DNA of 64,000 bases, taken from positions 168-64,167 of the forward strand of contig JACFNL010000009.1 of assembly GCA_019454875.1 (NCBI GenBank), in the 5' to 3' direction. The notes under the pieces are model-generated. The model searched no databases. It was not told the DNA's origin and worked only from the letters and a program-made list of their open reading frames with translations. The DNA is from Candidatus Cloacimonadota bacterium. Lineage in GTDB: Bacteria; Muiribacteriota; UBA6191. Position numbers and translations under genes: made by a program. Every line of letters starts with the position of its first letter. Within the stretch, counting starts at the first letter, position 1. Shown here one piece after another: positions 38,501 through 45,242 of the stretch.

Positions 38501-38555
38501 TGGGCATAAAAAGACCTAGAATAAAAAAGGCGACACAGGGAATCAATCGAAACAT
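32580..38555 (-). CDS. Giant alpha-2-macroglobulin family protein, no CxEQ thioester motif
   Basis: 1991 aa with strong RBS GAAGGAG and signal peptide MFRLIPCVAFFILGLFMPSEA. It has an N-terminal helical region, a long run of beta-rich MG-like domains, then a helical TED-like region. In that region LQALPFLEEATNES replaces the usual PYGCxEQ. Confidence 0.75.
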   Translation of the reverse strand: MFRLIPCVAFFILGLFMPSEASVSPKVHNELRLAEEAEENKLPKTALEHLLAALSHLNWADDKGMYIKLLAKKVVNQADMAGSKPEEKVRELESLIQNSPSESIPMLKAILGLWYWHYYQQNQWRINQRTESSTIQSDDFTTWDLPTIYKRVTELLDEALLGETLKNIPIYDLSSLVEEGTLPQSHCATAYELISRLAIEIHTQASGSIKAPREAFELDAFNDGFAKLETFLEWSPVTKDEESPRLKVVRHWQSILKMVQMRDRDAILSVDLERLQSLGSLANQGGLDETLAQRYEEFVKIYADVPTVTMVWHLIAKKAMADLNLVTAKQHCDFAISLFPGSDGARLCEQLNSEILKPEFSVQMEHTINSINSKALLKYKNLTRLYIRIYAQNYEDSMKEAWETPGDWINEDDGERLLKTKPLTQFEVELPPTPDFRELEKEIVIPGLKHGYYRIFISDKPHFRNQNQTRVNQTAFFVTDTQMTLRALGDAIDGYLLDANSGKPLQNLEVLFYSQNNNGFYTLSRTVKSNQDGYYRLEKQGRRNNSFLIHVKSPNNGDVWFREMQGFGWRRESEPSTSVKLYSDRSMYRPGQTIRFKGICVQVNHQALNYKTQPCRNVSVDFKDANWQVIETVKVNANELGSFSGSFTIPTDRLTGRYTISTQNPSGSIFVQVEEYKRPKFEVILDQVEGEPRLNQSVEITGKAVAYSGASMSHQKVRYRIKREVRMPWWWRFGNPFAGSREIAGGEAITDSEGKFKFSFMAHADKRVDPATDPTFFYTVFAEVIDSSGEVRDSETSVALGYKAIAATVSTDEWLKENKEVPLKVQIQNRNQKPVSNRGTITIYALKGPAKPVRQSSPRQWSWWDWFRQRDNNTRDLANIDHWETQSVIQTVDYDAPVGVASVNVRLPAGAYRAILNTQDSQSESISTTHNFVVLKEASDKFDLPLPAFFAVESESVLPGQSLKAYFGTGYQNPSVLVSILHKNQVLDVSWRNGKNGIDIVYPVSEKLKGGFTLQILFVQENQIYQFSKKIQVPFVAQELDLSFETFRSKLSPGETETWKIKVKGKDKPLDPAEVLATLYDQSLDAYMPHSWKGFSDLFYQDSEASEPEINLVLKDFLHWIDRHQIRHASVDRRHPVLPSQIRYYFSRFFPVELQRRGMPMGRLMSKQSLSMDGEAESMMAVDAFAGAPMPASAPGSSMELKEKAEGGSVVKNGIKSPTPPPVTTRTDLRETAFFKPHLSVSDDGTVSLEFTMPDSLTRWKFMALAHSQSMQSGLISTSIVTQKDLMVEPNPPRFLRQGDTIHFPGKISNLTDAEMTVEARIRFFNAMTGAEITSDLCASSVLEIQIPKRQSETARFPVIVPDITHPIRWEITVRSANLSDGEEQLLSVLPRRIFVQESIPLWISGTGRKTFEFDKLLYSDSSSTLSHERLVLQIASNPAWYALQALPFLEEATNESIDCAFARLYANLLGSKVIRGYPQIRTVLEQWKGTDAMKSQLSKNESLKSVGLLETPWVLDAQAEEKNKARLANFLDENRLASEVASATKKLKTMQLSDGAWPWFPEGRPSFYTTLHIASGFGRLIHMGVAVDQEMVHKALPWLDQEIRKTYESIIRYKRLEENNYTNTIALYLYARSFFLNDVSIASENRLAYEYFLEQARKYWTKLGNRMSEGHTALALLRNNDKDIPALILKSLKERSSFSEEMGLYWKDTEISHFWYRAPIETQAMMVEVFSELNASEQDIKNLKIWLLKQKQTRDWKTTTATTNAVHALLSSGSDLLSSTEITRVLLGNVAINPDKVEAGTGFYEKSFQKREIEASFGNIVLEKQEDGIAWGGLHWHYFEDISKITPHHGGALSLEAQVFVKRDSDAGEILVPIADTEPKVGDTIVSRLILKTDRDLEYVHLKQSRASGTEPGVVLSGWRYRDGLAYYESTKDTATHYYIEYMPVGTYVFEAPLKVFHKGSFETGLSEIRSLYAPEFAAHSQSFLLRIND

Positions 38556-38631
38556 GGCACGACTCCTTCAGAGATAAATGCATGAAACTGATTCTACTGC
38601 TTTCTTGGGAATGATGCAAAAGCGGAAGTTG

Positions 38632-40332
38632 TCAGATTGTTGCGGCAACAACCTGATCGTAGGTACTCAGACCCTGTAAAACCTTGCGAATACCAGATTC
38701 TTTCAAGAGTTTCAGGCCACAGTTCTTGCGAGCATGCCGAAACAGCTCGAATTCAGAAACTTTTTTGCCCACTAGCTCGCGCATTTCATCATCGGGGATA
38801 AGAATCTCGTGAATTCCCATTCGACCTTTGTATCCGGTAAAGGCACATTTATCACAGCCTACATTTTTGAAAAGCTTAAAGGGTTTGTCAGTCTTAACAC
38901 CCATGCTGGCCAGATAGTCTGGAGCAGCCATATATTCCGCCTTACATGAAGTACAAAGACGGCGCACAAGTCTCTGGGCAATGATACAGGCAATGGTTGC
39001 GGCCACAAGAAAGGTATCACAGCCCATGTTTTCCAGACGGCCAATGGTACCAATAGCAGAATTTGTGTGAATGGTAGACAATACAAGGTGGCCTGTCAGT
39101 GAGGCCTGAATGGCAATTTCAGCAGTTTCCAAATCGCGGATCTCCCCCACCATGATAACATCGGGATCCTGACGCATGATGGCCCTTAACCCATTTGCAA
39201 AGGTCATGCCTGCCTTGATTTCCACCTGACACTGTGAAATGTTATCCAGACGGTATTCCACCGGGTCTTCCATGGTGGTCACATTGATATCATCCGTTGC
39301 CACTTCTTTTAAAACTGTATAAAGGGTTGTGGTCTTTCCAGAACCAGTTGGCCCGGCTGCCAGAATAATTCCATGGGGTGCCTGAATTACTTTGGTCAGT
39401 TTTTCTTCATCATCTTTGGCAAATCCAAGAGCAGAAAATTCAAGTACAATACTGGATGTATCCAAAACGCGGATTACGATCTTTTCTCCATAAATTGTGG
39501 GCAGGGAGGACACACGAAAGTCAATCTCCCGTCCTTCAAATGGCAGACGAATGCGTCCGTCCTGTGGGGCTCTTTTTTCCGAAATATTCAGATCCGCCAT
39601 TACCTTGACAATGGTAATGATGTTGTTTTGCAGATGTTTGGGCGGAGATGGGATCTCCCGGAGCACCCCGTCAATTCTGAGACGGATGATGAATTTTTTC
39701 TGACGGGGTTCAATATGAATATCCGAGGCCTTCTGACGGATGGCCTGTTTGAATAATTCCTGAACATATTTGACCGTTGGAGCGTCCTTCTCATCCTTCA
39801 TGGCCGCCGAAATTTTGTCCATGGCGGTTACGGTGTTCTGATCAGGACCATCCTCTTCACTGGGTCCGTCGCCAAAATCCTCCATGGCTTTTCTTAAATC
39901 GGCACTGTCTCCAAAGGTACTGTTTAACAGAGATTCAATACGGTACTTGTTGGCGTAAAAGGTATTGAGCCTATATCCAGTGTCTCTAAAAATCTCCTGA
40001 AACACATACAGATTCATGGGATCAATGGTTACCACATCCAGAACCTGTCCCCTTCTGGCGATTGGCAGAATCATATGCTTGCGCATGGTGGCTTCAGGCA
40101 GGACATTTCGGAGTTCTTCGGGAAAAAGCACCTGTTCCTTGTGAACAAAGGGAATACCACTGAGCTCAGCAAGCACGGGAAACAGGTAGTCATCCTGGGT
40201 TCGTTCTGATTTAAGCAGGGCATCATCGTAAAAGATATGCTTTTCCTGCATCAGGGCGTTTACATTGCCAAAACCCTCATGGTCAAGATGGACATCTTCT
40301 TTAAGGCGTAGTCTGAGTCTGTTTTCCTGCAT
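38632..40332 (-). CDS. GspE/PilB-family type II secretion / type IV pilus assembly ATPase
   Basis: Walker A GPTGSGKTTTLY, Walker B DVIMVGEIRD, His box LVLSTIHTN, tetracysteine CTSC...CDKC and an N-terminal T2SSE_N-like domain. First ATG is 40332; the ORF is also open from TTG 40341. Confidence 0.9.
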   Translation of the reverse strand: MQENRLRLRLKEDVHLDHEGFGNVNALMQEKHIFYDDALLKSERTQDDYLFPVLAELSGIPFVHKEQVLFPEELRNVLPEATMRKHMILPIARRGQVLDVVTIDPMNLYVFQEIFRDTGYRLNTFYANKYRIESLLNSTFGDSADLRKAMEDFGDGPSEEDGPDQNTVTAMDKISAAMKDEKDAPTVKYVQELFKQAIRQKASDIHIEPRQKKFIIRLRIDGVLREIPSPPKHLQNNIITIVKVMADLNISEKRAPQDGRIRLPFEGREIDFRVSSLPTIYGEKIVIRVLDTSSIVLEFSALGFAKDDEEKLTKVIQAPHGIILAAGPTGSGKTTTLYTVLKEVATDDINVTTMEDPVEYRLDNISQCQVEIKAGMTFANGLRAIMRQDPDVIMVGEIRDLETAEIAIQASLTGHLVLSTIHTNSAIGTIGRLENMGCDTFLVAATIACIIAQRLVRRLCTSCKAEYMAAPDYLASMGVKTDKPFKLFKNVGCDKCAFTGYKGRMGIHEILIPDDEMRELVGKKVSEFELFRHARKNCGLKLLKESGIRKVLQGLSTYDQVVAATI

Positions 40333-40337
40333 ATTAA

Positions 40338-40742
40338 TCAACGGGTGCTACGAGGTGTAACAATGGGGCGTTTGCGCTCGGTTACGGACTGAATTCTGAA
40401 TGAGGATTTTCGGGAACTGGCGAAAAAGCCCGAGGTCATGCGGAAGTTGGCTGTATCTTCGCTGGTACCCGTAACAGGCTGTCCCATTGTCCCAAACAAT
40501 CGATATCTTCTGTCAGGAGAAACAAATGAGGAGCTGGCCACATTTGCATCAATGGCAGTGGAAGCACCAGCTGGAAACACATGTTTTAAAAGGAAAAAAC
40601 CTGAACCGGAATCTCCCCCGATATTTGGGGTCTGATACAGGGTTTCACCCCTCTGCCCTAGCTGCAAATCCAGTGCCGATTCGGTTTCTTCGGCACTTGG
40701 GCTAAAGTTTAGAAGTGCAAGTAATACAATCAGGGTTCGCAT
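40338..40742 (-). CDS. Small secreted G/S/T-rich protein upstream of the ATPase
   Basis: 134 aa with signal peptide MRTLIVLLALLNFSPSAEE and a basic C-terminal tail. Its stop lies 5 nt before the ATPase ATG. Confidence 0.5.
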   Translation of the reverse strand: MRTLIVLLALLNFSPSAEETESALDLQLGQRGETLYQTPNIGGDSGSGFFLLKHVFPAGASTAIDANVASSSFVSPDRRYRLFGTMGQPVTGTSEDTANFRMTSGFFASSRKSSFRIQSVTERKRPIVTPRSTR

Positions 40743-40778
40743 AGTTCAAGTGTAGCATTTAATATATAATCCTGAAAG

Positions 40779-41285
40779 ATGAGAGATAAAGGAATTGGGG
40801 TAAATATGATAGTGTTTTTAACCGAACGAGGCAGAGTTGGTCTGGAATTCTCGGATTATGGACTGTTGTCCTTCAAGCTGCCAGGAGATATTACCGAGAA
40901 TACCCCCCTTACTTCTGTGCCCGATTTTGCCCGTCCCCTGGTTGATAAAATCATTGCTTATTACCGTAATCAGGTTGTTGATTTTAGTGATGTGGTATTG
41001 GATATGCGTGGGATCACGGAGTTTTCCCGTCTGGTGTACAACTCCTTAAGAACCAGGGTATTGTACGGACAGAGGCTGAGTTATTCCCAGCTAGCTGAGT
41101 TATGCGGCAGAGCCAAGGCCTACAGAGCAGTAGGAACAGCACTGGCAAAAAATCCCTGGCCTCTTATAGTGCCATGCCACAGGGTGCTTGGTAGTGGGGG
41201 AAGTCTAGGCGGATTCAGCGGGGCTGGGGGTATTGCCCAGAAAAAAGCCATGCTGGATATGGAGTCAGCTACTCTCTCAGTCTGA
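40779..41285 (+). CDS. ogt: Methylated-DNA--protein-cysteine methyltransferase
   Basis: C-terminal IVPCHRVLGSGGSLGGFSGAGG active-site block and helix-turn-wing SYSQLAELCGRAKAYRAVGTALAKNP. The start may be ATG 40806. Confidence 0.85.
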   Translation: MRDKGIGVNMIVFLTERGRVGLEFSDYGLLSFKLPGDITENTPLTSVPDFARPLVDKIIAYYRNQVVDFSDVVLDMRGITEFSRLVYNSLRTRVLYGQRLSYSQLAELCGRAKAYRAVGTALAKNPWPLIVPCHRVLGSGGSLGGFSGAGGIAQKKAMLDMESATLSV

Positions 41286-41664
41286 GAACCAGAGGTTCCC
41301 CACCTGTAAGTCCGTGAAAGTCATAAGTGATTTCTTCGCGGCCATAACGGGTAATGGACTGATTGTCCTCGTGAAGCCACCAGGTTACAGATTCCTGCTC
41401 CATGGTATTGCCATTGAGATGGATTCTTTGCAGTTCGATAATCCCATCTATGGGTTGAGAAATGGTGACAGCACTTCTTATATCAGAGCGCAGTCTGGAT
41501 TTCAAAACTGTCAGCTTACGCCAGTATTGTGATTCTTCATCCTCTTCCTGCCCTGAATTGGAGTAGGAGATCAACATAAACCAAAGAATCCCAAGCATCA
41601 GAACAAAGAGGGTTATGGACAGAACCAGCTCAATCATGGTGAAGCCACTACGATTGTACAACAA
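41269..41664 (-). CDS. Prepilin-type (GspJ/minor-pseudopilin-like) protein
   Basis: Leader plus cleavage/methylation motif M(L)YNRSG/FTMIELVLSITLFVL with Glu at +5. It only has TTG starts (41664 or 41661; AGGAAGG RBS), overlapping the last codons of the HEAT gene. Confidence 0.7.
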   Translation of the reverse strand: MLYNRSGFTMIELVLSITLFVLMLGILWFMLISYSNSGQEEDEESQYWRKLTVLKSRLRSDIRSAVTISQPIDGIIELQRIHLNGNTMEQESVTWWLHEDNQSITRYGREEITYDFHGLTGGEPLVLRLRE

Positions 41665-43351
41665 ACACCTTCCTTACCAGAATCTGCTCCGTATCATCCT
41701 GCCATTCTCCGTAAAATCGTACCTTTTGACCAGGAGTTATAACAAGATTCATTTCCTCGGGAAGTATCAGAGTCTGAGTATGTTCCTTAAGTCGTACCCT
41801 AAGCATATTGGGGCCCGGCAAGGATTCGACAATGCCCTCACCCTTGCGATATTCAAAAGCATCGGAACTGAGGATTTTTTTGAATTCTGGCAGCCTGTTC
41901 TGGGCCGTAGTCGGTAAGGAGGCTTGAGGAATTGCAGCCCAGATTACATAAATCACGCCAAGTGCAGTTGCCGTGAGGGCTGGCAATGTCCATTTCCTGC
42001 TTTTAGGGATAGGTTTTGCCGGAATAGAAACCTTACTCGTAGGACTTGTTTTTGGTTCTGGATCAGGGGTGGTTTCAAACTCAGGTAAAGGGGTCTGTTT
42101 TATCAGATTTTTTATAAAACTGCGTTTTGACTCAGGCATCTTTTGGGAAATCTGAATCAGGATCTGGCGTTTTTCCTCAGAAGAATAATGGATTAATCCT
42201 TGGCTAAGAAGGCTAAAGAGGGGCATTTCATCGATACTTTTCCATTGGGAAAAGCCAATTTCCCAAAGTGTTTCCGAAAATTGAGCTCGATTGATACGCG
42301 GATAAATTCCACTAAGTAAAATGGTGCCATGACGATCCCCAGTAACCGCGTTTTGCACAAAACCTAAAAAATCCACCGGTGAAGATTGATACCACAATAA
42401 AGAAACGCTTAAAAAAAGCTCCTTTTCCCTGGCATCACTGAGGTTGGGAAAATTTTTTCGTTTTATTGCCATGAGGTAGGCATCATCTCCACCCAGTGCG
42501 TGTAAAAACTCTACGCAGGGGTAACAGAGATCGGGATGTTCCAACAAGGGTTTGAGAATTGTTCTCATGGTTTCAAGCTCATGATGGGGCAGTCGCTTGA
42601 TGACCTCAAACAGGTTAAGAAGTGTGGGGGTTTCAAGATTATGGTATTGACTGAGTAGCCATTTCAGGTTCTCGATTTGGTCAAAATCTGGCTCCCAGGT
42701 ACGGCAGTAATCCTCAAGTTTTTTTGAGGCAATCAGCCAATTTAATGTTTCCTGGCTTGGTTTACCTGTTTGTAGTTCAAATTGTTTCTGTTTTTCCTGT
42801 TCCTGGGCATTGGCTTCGGCCAGAAGGTTATCTTTTAATTCTGAAAAATAGTTCAGTACCTTCTGTGCTTCCTTTTGTATCTGGGGGCTCTGGTTTGTGA
42901 GCATCATATCCACCATGTCCAGACAATCATTGAGCTTCAGATGCCTGATCAGGTATAAAACGGCCAAACAGCGCCGTGGTTCAAGAGGGTTATACACCTT
43001 GTCCACTAGCTGCTTCAGCTCTTTTTGACTGATTTGGGATGAAAGGGCCTTGATACAGGCTGAAACCACCCTTGGTTCCTGATCCGTAAGAAAATTGGCA
43101 AAGATGGGGAGAATTTTCTGTTCTCTGACTCGATGATAAAGAAGCTCCAGGGCTTCAATAGAATTGGCTCTTACCCTTCCGTCATTGTGTTTAAGGCAGG
43201 GGAGTATCAGCAAAATGTCCTCTGATTCACCCTTGTGTCCCAGTGCTTTAACCCAGGTAGCTAAAGCATGGGCATCAGAAAGGATCTCATTTCTTAAGCC
43301 TCGCAGCTCAGCCAGGGTTTTATAAGTATAGATGTTTGCAGGTTCTGTCAT
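41648..43351 (-). CDS. HEAT-repeat protein with single TM helix and small C-terminal extracytoplasmic domain
   Basis: 567 aa with HEAT-like units (DGRVRANSIEALELL, EPRVVSACIKALS, SPQIQKEAQKVL). TM helix WTLPALTATALGVIYVIWAAI lies near residue 460, followed by an ~85-aa beta-looking tail (MLRVRLKE...VRFYGEWQDD...VRKVFVV). Confidence 0.55.
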   Translation of the reverse strand: MTEPANIYTYKTLAELRGLRNEILSDAHALATWVKALGHKGESEDILLILPCLKHNDGRVRANSIEALELLYHRVREQKILPIFANFLTDQEPRVVSACIKALSSQISQKELKQLVDKVYNPLEPRRCLAVLYLIRHLKLNDCLDMVDMMLTNQSPQIQKEAQKVLNYFSELKDNLLAEANAQEQEKQKQFELQTGKPSQETLNWLIASKKLEDYCRTWEPDFDQIENLKWLLSQYHNLETPTLLNLFEVIKRLPHHELETMRTILKPLLEHPDLCYPCVEFLHALGGDDAYLMAIKRKNFPNLSDAREKELFLSVSLLWYQSSPVDFLGFVQNAVTGDRHGTILLSGIYPRINRAQFSETLWEIGFSQWKSIDEMPLFSLLSQGLIHYSSEEKRQILIQISQKMPESKRSFIKNLIKQTPLPEFETTPDPEPKTSPTSKVSIPAKPIPKSRKWTLPALTATALGVIYVIWAAIPQASLPTTAQNRLPEFKKILSSDAFEYRKGEGIVESLPGPNMLRVRLKEHTQTLILPEEMNLVITPGQKVRFYGEWQDDTEQILVRKVFVVQS

Positions 43352-43387
43352 TGACGATAATTTCAGTTTCTATTATAGTCTTAATCA

Positions 43388-43882
43388 ATGTCAACAAGGA
43401 TCAGAACTAACAGCTTTTGGGGTTTTAGTCTGGTTGAAGTTTGTATTGCCATTGCTGTTCTTTCCCTGATGGTGACGGTTCTTTATTTTGGTCTTGGTTC
43501 TGCAAGGCAGCAGAAGCAGAGTGGAGACAGACAGGTACAGTTGCAACAGGTTAGTGCACAGTTTCTGGCTCTTTTAAGAAAGGATTTGCGAACCGCATTG
43601 GCCGTGGATGTATCTGATGATGCATTGATGATTCGTACAGGCAGAGAAACAATTGCCTGGATGAGAGAGGGAAATGACATACGACGCATAGACGAAAATG
43701 TAAAACCACAGATTTTGTCATTTCAGTCAGGTCTTGGTATGAATCAGATTCTTAACATTTCTATGACCCCCGATTCTCGCGGATTGTTGCAGGTAAGTAT
43801 CAGTGTAAATCAGGACAACCAAACGGTCTTTCAGATCCAGGAAAAAATTCAGATCCCTCAAAGAGGGGAAGGGGGCCTGTGA
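43388..43882 (+). CDS. Prepilin-type (GspH/minor-pilin-like) protein
   Basis: MSTRIRTNSFWG/FSLVEVCIAIAVLSLMV is a class-III signal peptide with Glu at +5. 164 aa. Confidence 0.7.
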   Translation: MSTRIRTNSFWGFSLVEVCIAIAVLSLMVTVLYFGLGSARQQKQSGDRQVQLQQVSAQFLALLRKDLRTALAVDVSDDALMIRTGRETIAWMREGNDIRRIDENVKPQILSFQSGLGMNQILNISMTPDSRGLLQVSISVNQDNQTVFQIQEKIQIPQRGEGGL

Positions 43883-44832
43883 TGGCTCAATTTTTATCAG
43901 GCATTATTTTTTTGCTGGTTTCATTAACCTCTGCAACTGAAATTGTTGTTGATGACAAATCACCTGGGTGCAGACTGGAGGGAAACTGGGCAGACAATCT
44001 CGGAGACAATCCGGAGGGCAAGTCATTTTCTTCGGCAGGAACCGTTGGAGGCAAGTATCTTTATACCAGTAAGCATGGCCGCTGGAAAAGAACAGGCCGT
44101 GAAAAGGCCTATTTTACTCCCGATCTTCCTAAAGCAGGTAAGTACAAGGTTGAGGTAAGTTACAGGGCATCAGAAAATCGATCTCCTCGGGTAGAATGGG
44201 AAGTTTCACATGCCAGTGGCAAAAAACGCAGTATGGTCAACCAAAGAGGTGATGGGCTGGTCTGGCATAATCTGGGAACCTTTGAATTTGAGGCTGGAAA
44301 AAAAGGTTATGCTGCCATGGTTAGTGATGGGGGAGAAAGTGCCTGTGTGGATGCGGCCCGCTTTACCCTGGTTAATCCCGGCACCGGAAATCCTTCCAAT
44401 CCAATGGAAGAAGTGATTGGGGGGACTCCAGTAACCCCTGCGACTCCAGAAACCACAGAAAAACCCTCCCAGACTCTAAATATTTCCAAAGGCAGGGACT
44501 CTGAACATACCTTTTCAAAAGATGGAAAGGCCGTTGTTCGCATTGGACTCATGACTTATGGCAAAGCCTCGGCTCTGGTAGAAATTATCAAGGCTGATGG
44601 AAGCAGCCAGAAATGGCTAAGCTGGGAGCGTGAAAATGATTCTGATCCTTCTCCTCTATTGGTAAATGGAACCCCTCATGAGGAATCAATTTTTGAAGAA
44701 AAGGCAGGAGATCCTTCAGCCAGGGTGGTGACTGTTGAAACCTCAGTGAATGCTTCTGACACGATCAGGGCAAGCTTAAAAGGCAGTTTTGGTCGGGCGA
44801 ATCCTATGCTTCGGGTACGAATTTTTGAATGA
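43879..44832 (+). CDS. Secreted two-domain protein: golvesin-C-like beta-sandwich + private C-terminal domain
   Basis: The signal peptide is followed by IVVDDKSPGCRLEGNW...FTPDLPKAGKYKVEVSYRASENRSPRVEWEVSHASG...WHNLGTFEFEAGKKGYAAMVSDGGESACVDAARF. This resembles the module RefSeq calls golvesin C-terminal-like (from memory). The C-terminal ~115 aa is paralogous to the C-terminus of 47187..47909. Confidence 0.55.
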   Translation: MMAQFLSGIIFLLVSLTSATEIVVDDKSPGCRLEGNWADNLGDNPEGKSFSSAGTVGGKYLYTSKHGRWKRTGREKAYFTPDLPKAGKYKVEVSYRASENRSPRVEWEVSHASGKKRSMVNQRGDGLVWHNLGTFEFEAGKKGYAAMVSDGGESACVDAARFTLVNPGTGNPSNPMEEVIGGTPVTPATPETTEKPSQTLNISKGRDSEHTFSKDGKAVVRIGLMTYGKASALVEIIKADGSSQKWLSWERENDSDPSPLLVNGTPHEESIFEEKAGDPSARVVTVETSVNASDTIRASLKGSFGRANPMLRVRIFE

Positions 44833-45242
44833 GAAGGGGTTTGGGATTAGCGGAAGTGGTTCTGGCAATCGCATTGATCAGTCTAAGTTCAGTGCCAGTG
44901 TTTTATCTGTTTTCTACAAGCCGCCGCATGCAGGGTTCCGCTAAATACCTGGCCTTGGCTATCAGCGAGGCTAATTCGATGCATGCAGCCATCACGGCTA
45001 GCGGCAAGACGGGGGTTTTGCCAACCCTGATTGAAATGACCTCGGATGAAAATCTTATGGGCGAGTTGTCTTTGTCTGAACTGGGGCTTTTACCATTAAA
45101 GCCCCCATTGTGGCGCAAGCTGAGCCTCAGCCCGATGGTTGAATCAACCTCAATTCTTAAAGTGGAAATTGAAGTGGGATGGGACAGGCATAATGAAGAT
45201 TCATCACGATACCGCCTGATGGGGTTCATCAGGACAAAATGA
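44829..45242 (+). CDS. Prepilin-type (GspI-like) protein
   Basis: MRRG/LGLAEVVLAIALISLSSVPVF has a short leader, Glu at +5 and a hydrophobic helix. 137 aa, with ATGA overlaps on both sides. Confidence 0.6.
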   Translation: MRRGLGLAEVVLAIALISLSSVPVFYLFSTSRRMQGSAKYLALAISEANSMHAAITASGKTGVLPTLIEMTSDENLMGELSLSELGLLPLKPPLWRKLSLSPMVESTSILKVEIEVGWDRHNEDSSRYRLMGFIRTK

